From Malacoraja senta (Eukaryota): a stretch of DNA of 64,000 bases. The position numbers and the translations under genes were made by a program. The first letter of the stretch is position 1. Each line of letters opens with the position of its first letter. Location: contig CM075977.1 of assembly GCA_038087875.1 (NCBI GenBank), positions 84,196,001 through 84,260,000 of the forward strand. The letters are read 5' to 3'. Below the pieces are notes generated by a model. It saw only the letters and a program-made list of their open reading frames with translations. It did no database searches and was not told the DNA's origin. This document shows positions 50,250 to 62,109 of this stretch, in pieces.

Positions 50250-52566
50250 GAGGTCGGGGATTCCCCTGCGATCGGAAATTCCCTTACAGTCAGCACTTCC
50301 AGCACCGTTGCTGCTGGGAGATCCTGCCCGACGGCCTCGATTCCGGATTCCATGAAGGCCTCCCTGGTGTTTCCAGGTACAGTACTTACTGTACCTGCGT
50401 GCCTCCGCGAGGTCGGGGATTCCCCTCTGATCGGGAATGCCCTCACAGTTGCTACCTCCGGGAGATCGCAGTAGCGCTAATACATTTGTGTGTTAGCAGC
50501 TCGCTACTTACATCGCTGGTTTCTGCAGGTTCTTTAATACATGTGAGCTCAGAAATACTATATTTGAAGATTTTCTGTTGTGCTGGCAAAATGTCGCTGC
50601 AGGTAGCTGCCATCTTGGATTTTTTTTTTAATGTTTTAATCCAAATCCAAAATATGTGGCAATAAGCATGCAAATTGGACATTTTAATCACTGTTTAAGG
50701 AAATTGTGTTATAGAATGCCCAATATTATGGTTGAATTAGTTGTAGTGGCATTGAATTGTCAGAGTTTTCCTTTTGTTGCAGGTCTTGTGGTAAATTTAG
50801 GCTTAGTCCCTCTTATAATTATGGTTATGCCAAGATTGGAATAGAAGGCTTTAGAGATACAATGTGGAAACAGGTCCTTTGGCCCACCAAGTCTGCACCG
50901 ACCAATGATCACCCCGTACAGGTGAGCTAACATGATCCTACGCACTAGGGACAATTTTTTGCAACTTACTGAATCCAATAACATATAAACCTGTACGTCT
51001 TTGGAATGTTGGAGGAAATTGGAGCGCCCACATAATATGAACAAGGCATACCCTGTCCTCGTTAAGGATGAGAGCATGCCTTCTGCCCAACCTCTCCTCT
51101 ATGTGGTCCTTGTCACTACCATGTGACCACCTAGCCAAACTGTCCAAAGCCATGCTCCGTAGTCAGAACCTTCAGGTCCAAAGGTGGTTGAGATAATCAA
51201 TGATGATTAGTGTCCAGAATGGAAACTCACCAAACTTCCAACTCTCAAGCAATGGCCACCGGGAACACCTCATTAGAACAAGATGATGATGCAGGAAAGC
51301 ACTGGACCATGAAAAGTACCAGTGCAAGATGTATCAAAAAGTAATCTACTTGCTCCAAACAGTTTAATCTGATGACTCTAATTAGCGATTGCTGAAATCA
51401 GAAGTGAGTTCTTTAAGTTTCTTTGTGATAGATAAATATCAGACCCTCAGCCCATTGATCGGATCGCTGAACTGTTTAGAACTAAATGCACAGAGGTCAG
51501 TATAACAGGTTGCCAATATTCTTACATATGTTTAGTGCTGGCAAACCAAAGATAAACTTCTTGTCTTTCAGACCCGAAGGGTCTAAAATTAAAAAGACTC
51601 ATATGAGGAAAGACAGTATTCAAAGCATGTGTTTTATTTTCATCTTCGCAGTTCCTTTCAACATTAATTGGGTGTATTGAATGTAATGAGCTCTTAAGCA
51701 AGCATGAGTATTGTGCAGAAGTCTAAAACAAAACACTCCAGAGCCTTGAAATGTCATCTGCATTTATACGAGCATTAATGTTGTCTGTTTACAGCAAGAA
51801 AGAACATGATCCACTTGCAGATGTCTGTTATAATCACTCTCAATAACTCAAAGGAAAGACAACAGATTCTGCATATTTAAAATCAAACGCAAGCATCTGG
51901 AAAGAAAATTGAACAGCTTCTGTGAAAACCATCAACAGTCTGGCACATTTTCAATCAGGCAGTAAATATTTTTTTGTGAAGATAGACACAAAATGCTGGA
52001 GTAACTCGGCGAGACAGGCATCTCTGGAGAGTGAGAGTCGGGGGAGAGGGAATCTAGAGATATGGAAGGGTAGGGTGAGAAAATGACAGATCAAAGCAGA
52101 TGTTGATTAAGGAAATGTAGAATGGTTGATTGTTGGCTGAGGAGAAGGTGACAACAAAGCATACAATCAGGAAAAAATAATCAGGACAGTGAAACCAGTC
52201 AGAGAACTAGGGTGGAGGAGGGACAAAGAGCGAGGGAAAGCAAGGGTTTCTAGAAGTTGGAGAAATCAATATTCTTACCGCAGTGTTGTTAGCTGCCCAA
52301 GGGAAATATGAAATATTTTCTTGTTTTCTGTGTCAGTTAATATTATCCCCACTTACTTCTCTACAATCATGATGATCAAAGCTTATGGTGTGCTCCTGCC
52401 ATTCTGAATGATTTTTCTGTGATGAGTAGACACTTGCAGAGTTAAATGAAGTGGCATCTGCCAGCTTTTGACTCACTGAAAACGACAACAAATTTCTCCA
52501 TTGAGGTCACCAAATTTAAATGAAAGGCTGTCACTTCAATATCTGACTGAGGATTCTGTTTACCTG

Positions 52567-52735
52567 AAGGTAGACAAAAATGCTGGAGAAACTCAGTGGG
52601 TGAGGCAGCATCAATGGAGCGAAGGAATAGGTGACGTCTATTCCTTCGCTTCATAGATGCTGCCTCACCCGTTGAGTTTCTCCAGCATTTTTGGCTACCT
52701 TCGGTTTTTCCAGCATCTGCAATTCTTTCTTAAAC
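52567..52735. mobile_element. PLE pLTR fold-back insertion with 14-bp TSD
   Basis: attctgtttacctg at 52553-52566 and 52736-52749. Confidence 0.88.
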
Positions 52736-52794
52736 ATTCTGTTTACCTGGATTGCCTCTGAAAACTCTTCCTCACTAAGGAGAAATTGAGTGTA

Positions 52795-53280
52795 CAAGAA
52801 TGATCCCAGGAATGAGTGGGTCAACACATTATGAGCATTTGACGGTACTGGGCCTGAACTTGCTGGAGCTTAGAAGAATGAGGGGCGGACCGCATTCACC
52901 ACAGAACTACAGAATAGTGAAAGGCTTGGATAGAGTGGATGTGGAGAGGATGTTTCATCTAGTGGGAGAGTCTAGGAGTAGAGGTCTTAGCCTCAGAATA
53001 AAAGGACCTTCATATAGGAAGATGAGGAGGAATTTATTTTAGTCAGAGGGCGGTGGATCTGTGCAATTCGTTGCCACAGAAGACTGTGGAGGTCAAGTCA
53101 GTGGATATATTTAAGGCAGAGATAGATAGATTGTTGATTAGTACAGGTGTCCAAGGTTATGGGGAGAAGACAGGAGAATGGGGTTAGGAGGGAGTGATAA
53201 ATCAGCCATGATTGAATGGCGGAGTAGACTTGATGGGCCGAATGGCCTAATTCTGCTCCTATCTCTTATGATCTTATGAG
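52795..53280 (+). mobile_element. HER1/CR1 LINE 3' fragment
   Basis: MIPGMSG...LELRRMRG...YRIVKGLDRVDVERMFHLVGESRSRG; (tcttatga)2 tail. Confidence 0.88.
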
Positions 53281-54569
53281 TTTCCAGATCCAGCCCCCCT
53301 TTCCGTTACTACTAGGCTTCGTCCAACGTATCTTTCCATGGTGCACTTGATGCTTGCTGACTCATACTGGCACCCGTGAAACAAGTCCTCATTTAAATTT
53401 GTATCCTTATTGTTTGTTTTATTATGTTATCTATTGACTACTGTGTCTGAAGAAGGGTCTCGACCCGGGAACGTCACCCATTCCTTCTCCCCAGACATGC
53501 TGCCTGTCCCGCTGAGTTACTGCAGCAGTTTGTGTCTATCTTCGGTGTTTAGGGACCTGTTGTGCTGCTGCAAGTAAGAATTTCATTGATCCGTTTCGGT
53601 ACATATTGTCAAATAAATACTTGTGAGTCTTGACTCTCACTGTCAAATCCTGCATTGTCTATTTCCTGTCTACCTCAGTGATTTCTCCCAGCCTTACCAC
53701 CCTTCAATGTATCCGTGCCCTTCTAATTCGGGCCTCTTGTGCCATCCTCTTTTTACTTATTCCATCACTTGCAGATGTCTTTTTTACTCAGTTCAGATTA
53801 GTTTATTGTCACATGTGCCGAGGTACAGTGAAAAGCTTTTATTTTACGTGCTAACCGGTCAGTGGAAAGACAGTACGATTACAATCAATCCATTCACAGT
53901 GGACAGATACATGATAATGGAATAACGTTTAATGCAAAATAAAGCCTGTAAAGTCCGATCAAAGATAGTCCAAGGGTCACCAATGAGGTAGATAGTAGTT
54001 CAGGGCTGCTCTCTGGTTGCGTTAGGATGGTTCAGTTGCCTGATAACATCAACTATCATTTCACCACATTCGAGAATTCTCCATTTTCTTCCATTGAAAT
54101 ACATTTAGAGATTCGACCAAGATATCAACGCTAATTTCTCTTTATGTGATTCGGTTCAATTTAGTTTGATAACACTGTGGTGAAATGCCTGGGAATCTTA
54201 GATTTTGCTTTTCTTGATTGTGTCATATAAATTGCCTAGCAAAGAAAGGCACCATATTTATTTTGAAAGATGGAAGGTATTGCGGACTGTAGAAATAACA
54301 GAGTTTGAGATTCCTTTGCTGTTGCATGTACTAAATGTGAAAGGTAGCAGCACACGTCTTGGTCCTGCTGCTAAAATGTTCGTTCCATTGACATGAGAAG
54401 AGATAGTAATCAATAAGGTAAGTTTCAGAGACACAAATAACTGCAGACGCTGGAATCGTGCATAGAATGCAAAGTGCAGGAGCAAATCAGTGAGTCAGGC
54501 AGCATCGCTGGGGAACCTGGGTTGGGATACTCCTTCAGACTGATTGTAGTATGGGAGGGGGAGAAAGCT

Positions 54570-55075
54570 GGTGGCCTTGGCAATCCACTTCAACCAATAC
54601 CTGTTGCATGCCTCAGCCCCTCTGAACCAGTTCCCCAGCACCTTCAGGTAAACAGACCTTATGGTGAAGTGGACAGAAGATCGGTCGGGCCTGTTTCCAA
54701 AAAGCATGCCCGTGTTCTTCTTGCGGTTTACTCTGGCACCCAGTGCCAACTCAAACTGGTCGCAGATGCTGATCAATCTGCAGACTGACTGTAGATCTGA
54801 CCAAAAGTGGGCAACATCATCCATATGTAGGGATGATTTGGTCTGAGTGCCCGCACTGTCTGTCAACGTCATCACTCTTATGCTCTTTTCCTTCCCGATG
54901 GATTCATCAAAGAGTTCCATGCAACACACAAGATAGGGGGGAGTGGGCAACCCTGCCTAACGCCAGATTTGATGGGGAAGCTATCCATTTCCCACCCTTT
55001 GATTTGGTCTACATTGCAGACATCAGGTTCAGAGTTGTCTCTGCTTGGACAGACAATTTCCAGGGATTGTTCAAA
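54570..55075 (-). pseudogene. Tx1-clade LINE reverse transcriptase fragment
   Basis: SFPIKSGVRQGCPL and SLHMDDVAHF...ICDQFELALGARVNRKK...YLKVLGNWF. Confidence 0.8.
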
Positions 55076-55086
55076 GGAATACAAAG

Positions 55087-55903
55087 CAAGTCAAGTCAAG
55101 AGAGTTTATTGTCATGTCCCAGATAGGACAATGAAATTCTTGCTTTGCTGCAGCACAACAGGATATTGTAGTCATAAATACAGATCAAATCAGTGTGTCC
55201 ATATAAAATAGAATATATATATACACACATCAGTAAACAGATAAAGGGCAATAGGTTGTTATAGTTCAGAGTTTGTTTGAAGTTGTGTTTAATAGTCTGA
55301 TGGCTGTGGCGAAGAAGCTGTTCCTCAATCTGGATGTTGCAGATTTCAGGCTCCTGTACCTTCTACCTGATGGCAGCAGAGAGATGAGTGTGTGGACAGG
55401 ATGGTGTGGGTCCTTGATGATGCTGCCAGCCTTTTTGAGGCAGCGACTGCGATAGATCCCCTCGATGGTAGGGAGGTCAGAACCGATGATGGACTTTTTG
55501 CAGCCTTTTCTGCTCCTGGACGCTCAGGTTGCCGTACCAAGCCACGATGCAACCGGTCAGCCTGCTCTCTACTGTGCACCTGTAGAAGTTCGAGAGAGTC
55601 CTTCTTGACATACCGACTCTCCGTAATCTTCTCAGGAAGTAGAGGCGCTGATGTGCTTTCTTTATGATTGCATCAGTGTTCTGGGACCAGGAGAGATTTT
55701 CGGAAATATGCACGCCCAGGAATTAGAAGTTCTTGACCCTTTCCACCATCGACCCGTTGATATAAACGGGACTATGGGACCCCATCCTACCTCTTCCGAA
55801 GTCCATAATCAGTTCCTTGGTTTTGCTGGTGTTGAGGGACAGGTTATTGTGCTGGCACCATTTGGTCAATCGGTCGATCTCTCTTCTATACTCTGACTCG
55901 TCC
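55087..55903 (-). mobile_element. 5'-truncated Rex1/Babar LINE, same family as 47481-50620
   Basis: DESEYRREIDRLTKWCQHNNLSLNTSKTKELIMDF; HISENLSWSQNTDAIIKKAHQRLYFLRRL; same tail; possible TSD atacaaa. Confidence 0.92.
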
Positions 55904-56618
55904 ACATCATACAAACTATAGGGTACACCTCACATTTGAGTTGTGTTTACTTGTTATACATCATTTTGCCCTACTTGCAGAAGAGTACTGGGATATTTTA
56001 AATTTGAAATACACATTTATTAAAGCACCCAGGTGTGTCCCAGTTCCGGTTTGCATGTAAGTAAATAATTATGCAGCCGAGAATTCTGATCTTCCTGGCC
56101 CTGAAGGAAAATAAAACATATTAATCGTTTAGACCTGTTCAGATCCCTGGCTTCCTGCCCTGGCTGTCATAGTGAAATTGCAGTCCCACTTATAAATGTA
56201 TCTGTATAAAACAAGACCCATACAGCTTTGAAAAAAAAACATGCCCAAAGAAAAACTCCCTGTCCTTTGACTCAAACAGAACCTGATCCATCAATGGTGG
56301 CCAGTATACCCAGTAATGGGGTGCTCTGGATTTCTACAAGAGTGGAGCAGAGCATTATCAGTCTGTCAAATCCCCTAAGGAAGGATTCTAATTCTTTGTA
56401 ACAGATTACCCCTTACATAGCGCAATGGGGATTCTGTGAGGATGTAAGGCTGGAGGGGCTTATTTCAGTATGAATGAATAACTGTACTTTCAGAATCATT
56501 CTTTTGCATGAGAGATACATTTATAACCCTGTGAGCACACAACAAAACTAAACCAATGGTTAGCTGAGGATGTGCAGAGAAATTCAATCAAAGAGAAAAT
56601 ATTTGAGTAGGTACAAAA

Positions 56619-57237
56619 CAAGAGCAGAACTCGCTATCAAAACATGGAGGGGACGGGGGACACACTTTTTTGGCGTCCGCACACTCACACACATGCGCGC
56701 GAGGCTTCGGAGGCTCAATCCAGCGCTAAATGCAGCTCAACTCTACCTGTCTCACCGGGTTAACTACAGCCGTGTCTGGACTGACGGGATACCAGTGCTG
56801 CTTCTCCACGCTGGCCATATTTCCCGCAAGCCCAGGCAGGTTCACCTGGCGGGACAGGCAGAGTTGAGCTGGGTTTAGCGCTGTTTCTCTGCGCTGGCTG
56901 TGGGCCAGGGGGCACAGCTCACGTCTGACTCCTGACCTCTCTGGCCACCCGTCTCAGGGGGGGGCACTCGGGACAGCACCGGAGACCCGGCCGGGATTGA
57001 TCCTGCCTGCGGATGAGGCGCAGGTCTGTGCCACGTCTAGCTTCCTCCAATCGCCGCACTCTATCCTCAGTCCCACCCCCACTCCTCCCTCCTCCAATCA
57101 TCGCGCCCTCGATCATCAGTCCAACCCCCACTTTAAAATACGGATCACAAAAACTTCGGGGGGATGTCCCCCACCACTCAAAACATGGGGGGGGGGACGT
57201 GTCCCCTCTGCCCCCCCCCCCGGGTTTTCCGCCCCTG
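56619..57237. mobile_element. Non-autonomous hAT-type DNA transposon
   Basis: 8-bp TSD gtacaaaa at 56611-56618 and 57238-57245; imperfect TIRs CAAGAGCAGAA / (rc) CAGGGGCGGAA; subterminal ggggacac / gtgtcccc motifs. Confidence 0.8.
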
Positions 57238-58519
57238 GTACAAAATAATCACATCTGAAGTGAATAGTAGTAGGTACTGTATCAGATTTAATTGTAGGCA
57301 GTAAATTTTACTCCCTGATTGAACAGAAGAGCAAAGTAAAAAGGGATTGTGAATTGGTGAGGCATTGACAGCAAAACCCTAATCTCTATGTCTGAAGACA
57401 AAGTGCCATTGAGGGTTGTACAAGGTAGATTTTGGGTGGATTTTGTTGATATGACGTGCTTAAATTCTATTAGACTTCATCATTTCCTCGCAGTTGCTGG
57501 AGTTACTATTTGGGAATGGTACTAAAACTGAATTGGTAGAAGTGATAAATTGTTTATATTAGAATTAAAGGTGCTACAGCAGACTTGTCTGCTGGGCCTC
57601 GTGAAAGAAATGGGGGCGGCATTACTAGAATGACTTGCACCTCCTTGAAATCTGTGATTGTTTCGATGAATTGGAATATATCCCATGTGATACCAATATA
57701 AAAAAATAAGCAGCAAATCAAAATCAGGCTCTTGGAATGGTTATAGCTTTTTAATTATATTTCAGTTTTAGGGAACTCAATAATAGGAATCATTGGTTTG
57801 GAAAGAGTAGAGGTTATTGTGAAAAAAACTACATGATTTCTGGGAAAGGAGGTTCAAGATGTTGGGTTCAATGCCTGAATATTATCAGTGCATTATGCAA
57901 ATATAATATAATTTATTTCCTCTGATTAGATGCTGCCCAAATTACTGCAAAATATAGTTGCGTTTTGAGTAACTGTGGATGATATTAGGTTGGAATACGG
58001 AATCAGATGCTTTTGTGAATCAAATGTGAACTTGAACTTGTTTAGAAGGAAGATGATCATTAAAGACAGCAGTTCTGATGAGGCTGATCACTGGAAGAGT
58101 TTGCAGTTCCTTGAGCTATTTGCTGCTTTCAACCATTTTGATTAATGATCTGGGTAAAAGAATCTGGGCAATATTCCACACATTTGTTGATGACATAAGT
58201 TCGACAGAATATACAGTACACAGATGAAGCCAAGTAAGTTGGGGTATTTGGCTCTAGCATGGTGAATAAGTGAAGTTTTGATGCATTTGGACTGGTGTAT
58301 TCTAGCTTTGTGTTGGACTTCCTGTTCCATGCTGCTGAGTGGGAGTAGATTTGTGGGTTAAAGTTGATGAAATATATTACCAGCTGTAGCAAAAACAAGT
58401 AGAAAATTATGATGCACAACATAAACACTTAAATATAAAACTAGAAGTGCAATTGCACAAGACCTTGATTTAACTGAAGTGAAAATACTGTAATTGGTTT
58501 TGGTTACTTCACAATTAAA

Positions 58520-58864
58520 TGACAATAGACAGGTGCAGGAGTAGGCCATTTTTGGTCCTTCAAGCCAGCACCGCCATTCAATGTGATCATGGCTGACCAT
58601 CCCCAATTAGCACCTCTTTCCTGCCTTCTCCCCATATCCCCTGACTCCGCTATCTTTAAGAGCCCTATCTAGCTCTCTCTTGAAAGTATCCAGAGAACCG
58701 CCCTCTGAGGCAGAGAATTCCACAGACTCACAACTCTCTGTGAGAAAAAGTGTTTCCTCATCTCCGTTCTAAATGGCTTACTCCTTATTCTTCAAATGTG
58801 GCCCCTGATCAGGAACATGTTTCCTGCCTCTAGCGTGTCCAAATCCTTAACAATCTTATATGTT
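58520..58864 (-). mobile_element. HER1 LINE 3' end
   Basis: Reverse complement of 7138-7530 with small deletions. Confidence 0.9.
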
Positions 58865-58924
58865 AAATGGATATCATTAGCCTGGAAATGGACAGTTAAA
58901 GGCCATTTGATTAATAACTAGTGT

Positions 58925-59920
58925 TATTAGCTATGCCTCAGTGTAGCACCAATTTTTCTGAATTAGAAGATTGAGAGTTCAAGATCCATTTCAAAGACTT
59001 GGCAAAATAACTGGCCCAATTTTTTTTGTAGCAAGGAACTGGTTTAAACCGAAGGTAGACATTATAAGCTGGAGTAAGAAAAGGAATAGGTGATGTTCCG
59101 GGTCGTGACCCTTCTTCAGACTGAGAGCCAGGGGAAATGGAAGCAAGAGATATAGATTATGAGATAGAGGGATATAGAACAAATGAATGAAAGATGTGCA
59201 AACAAGTAACAATGATCAAGGAAACCATCCATAGTTAGCTGTTAGCTGTGTGAAAACTACATACAGATGGAGGAAAAGCTCGTTGAGGTGGGGGGGGAGG
59301 GGAACGAAGGTGAGGTCTCTGTTGAGGACAGACTGTTCTGTTTCCGACAGAGGTCGGGGGGGGGGGATATGGTGAAGACACGACACGATGGTGAAGTCTG
59401 TATGACTCGTTTTCATCTAGCCCACAACTAACAATGGACTATTTACTTGATCATCGTTACTTTTTTGCATATCTTTCATTCATTTGTTCCATATTTCTCT
59501 ATCTCTTCGTCTATATCTCTCTTTTCCCTTTCCCCTGACTCTCAGTCTGAAGAAGGGTCTCGACCCAAAACACCACCTATTCCTTTTCTCCGGAGATGCT
59601 GTCTGATCAACTGAGTTACTCCAGTTTTGAGTGTCTTCCTTGGGCCAACATTTCTCTGAGTGCATGCTGCAGTGTCAGGGGAGCCTTCTGTGGAATATGC
59701 TATTAAAGCAAGAACACATGAACCCTCTCTGTTTGACATTAAATATCCAATGGAAAATAAAGTTTATCAATAAAGTTCTCTCCAATGTCTTGGCCAACAT
59801 GCTTTCTTCTAGCAGTATTAAAACACATATTATTTGACCATAATTACATTGCTGCATTTAAGCCACTTCATTAGCTGTTATGGTCATGAAAGGCTGTATA
59901 TAAATACAAATCTTTCTTTT
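58925..59920 (+). mobile_element. Old Deu-type SINE split by a PLE fold-back
   Basis: tRNA-like head near 58925-59020; body near 59645-59920 (gttctctccaatgtcttggccaaca, attacattgctg); tail gaaaggctgtatataaatacaaatctttc. Match is from recalled consensus. Confidence 0.55.
59028..59638. mobile_element. Long PLE fold-back with an ORF N-terminal fragment as spacer
   Basis: Arms about 59060-59270 and 59400-59635; spacer encodes (minus) IPPPRPLSETEQSVLNRDLTFVPLPPHLNE, resembling the PLE N-terminal L-S-x-G-L-x-F-x-P motif. Confidence 0.8.
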
Positions 59921-60494
59921 TCAATGGGCTTTTAGATATCACTAATTATTGGGGATTGTGGGTGTTTTACTCTTGAAAAGCAGTACAATGGTGATATGAA
60001 GAGATTAGTTCTGTCTGAGTGAATGGATTATTTGAGCCAGAGAGGCATGCGATGTTTCGGGGTTTTGGTACAAAAGCACATTTAGGCTTGCTGCCAGAAA
60101 GTACTTTTATTCTCAGAGAGTCATCTAACTCTACATTAGGTTGCCTTTGAATGTGTCAAATGGTTGGCATGTCTTTAAAGGGAGGTAGATTGAGTAATTG
60201 GCTTTCCAAAAGTTATAGAATATGGAGAATAAGGAGGTGGGTGGTGGTTCGTAATGCTATCTGTATCAGTTACTATAAGCTCCTGGAATACGCATTGGTT
60301 TTCCAGGGGGGGGGAGGGGGAGGGGAGAAGGGTGGGGAGGCAGAAGATGAATTTCCTGAGTTTATTCCCTTATATTATATTCTGCTTTTGTCCTCTTATG
60401 TTTTTATGTTTGGTCTGTTCATGCTGTGCACAAAATTTCAATTTCAAATAAGTCAGGCTTGACAATCCAAGATGTCTTTCCTGGTTCCATCTTT

Positions 60495-61160
60495 TAGTTT
60501 ATTTTAGAGATACAGCACGGAAACAGGCCCTTTGGCCCACCGAGTCTGGGCCGACCAGCAATCCCCCCGCACATTAACACTATCCCACACACACTAGGGA
60601 CAATTTACATTCATACCAAGCCAATTTACCTACATACCAGTCTTTGGAGTGTGGGAGGAAACCGAAAATCTCAGAGTAAACCCACGCAGTCATGGGGAGA
60701 ACGTACAAACTCCATACAGACAGCACCCGTAGTCTGGATCGATCCCGGGTTTCCAGTGCTGCAAGCGCTGTAAGGCAACAACTCCACTGTGCCGCACTTG
60801 TTGTTAGTAAAAGAAAATAGTGAAAGGGACTTATCTCATTCTGAAGCTACAATAACTATTTAGTTTGGAGATACAGCATGGAACCGGCCCTTTCACCCAC
60901 CGATTCCATGGTGACCAATAATAAACACCCTTTAATGCCAATGCTATGCATTCCCATTTCTCATCCATTCCCTACACACTAGGGGCAATTTACAGGTACC
61001 AATTCACCTACAAACCCACCTGTCTTTGGGATGTGAAAGGAAACCAGAGTACCTGAAGGAAACTGGAGCACCTGGAGGGGACCCATGTAGTCACAGGAAG
61101 AAAATGGAAACTCCACACAGGCACCACCCAAGGTCAGGATCACTACCAGCTGTGCCACTG
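60495..61160 (-). mobile_element. Two tandem V-SINEs (about 60495-60797 and 60860-61160); a third on plus at about 61200-61475
   Basis: V-core gtgtgggaggaaaccg and CR1-like tails. Confidence 0.85.
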
Positions 61161-62109
61161 TTCTTACTCAGTTAAAATCAAATGTGCACCTCATGAATAG
61201 TGCTGCAGTAGGTAGAGCCATTGCCTCACAGCTCCAGGGATCTGGGTTCAATCCCAACCTCTGTTGCTTTCTGTGTGGAGCTTGCACGCTTTCCCAGTGA
61301 CCCTCTGTGCTTCAATTTCCTTCAAAGAAGTGTGGTCAGTGGCTATTGTAAATTTCTCCTAATGTAGGTGAGTGATGGGAGTGACTTGTTGGGCATGTGA
61401 GGAAGAACAAGTTACTGGGAGATGTGGGGGAATGCATATGATGGGTGACACAGAGAGCTGGCTTAGGCTTGGTCAAATGTCTCCGCCCGTATCATAAGGA
61501 AATGCGTGATCCCATTGTGTGACACATGACTGAAATTGGATCAATGAGTTTATCATTGCTATTATCAGACAAAACCATAAGACATAGGAGCAGAATTAGG
61601 TGATTCGCCCCATCAAGTCTAATCCACCACTCAATCATGGCTGATCTATTTTCCCCTCTCAACCCCATTTTTTTTTTTGCCTTATCCCTGTAATCTTTGA
61701 TGCCCTTACCAATCAAAAACCTATTAATCTTCACATTAAAAATACCCAACTCCCTGGCTTTACCTCTCCCTACCACTAAGCTTTTCTTGCCTTGTGCTCT
61801 TTTATTTTTGGCAATTTGTTCTTCCCCCAGATGTAATCATTATACTATTGGTGTACATTCCTCAAAGCCAAACTGTGCACTTCCTTAGCTACATTTCTCC
61901 ACCACCCTATTGTAGATGAGATATGCATGTGCCTTTAACATAGTGACCTCATACCTACTAACCACTCCCCATATCACAAGTATATCTACAACCTCCCCAC
62001 CCACAGATCGCTCTCTAGTTCCTGTGACAGACCACGTACAGCTAGTGCTATGTGTAATGCTCCAGTATGAATAAAGATAGTAAAGTAACGACGCCTCGTT
62101 ATGAAACCT

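Larger units (their letters stand above)
47481..50620 (-). mobile_element. Near full-length, inactive Rex1/Babar LINE
   Basis: 5' caagatggc start near 50615; APE ORF 49446-50249; RT ORF 47944-49449; 3' tail tgacaataaaa...(cttga)n at about 47481. Confidence 0.93.
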
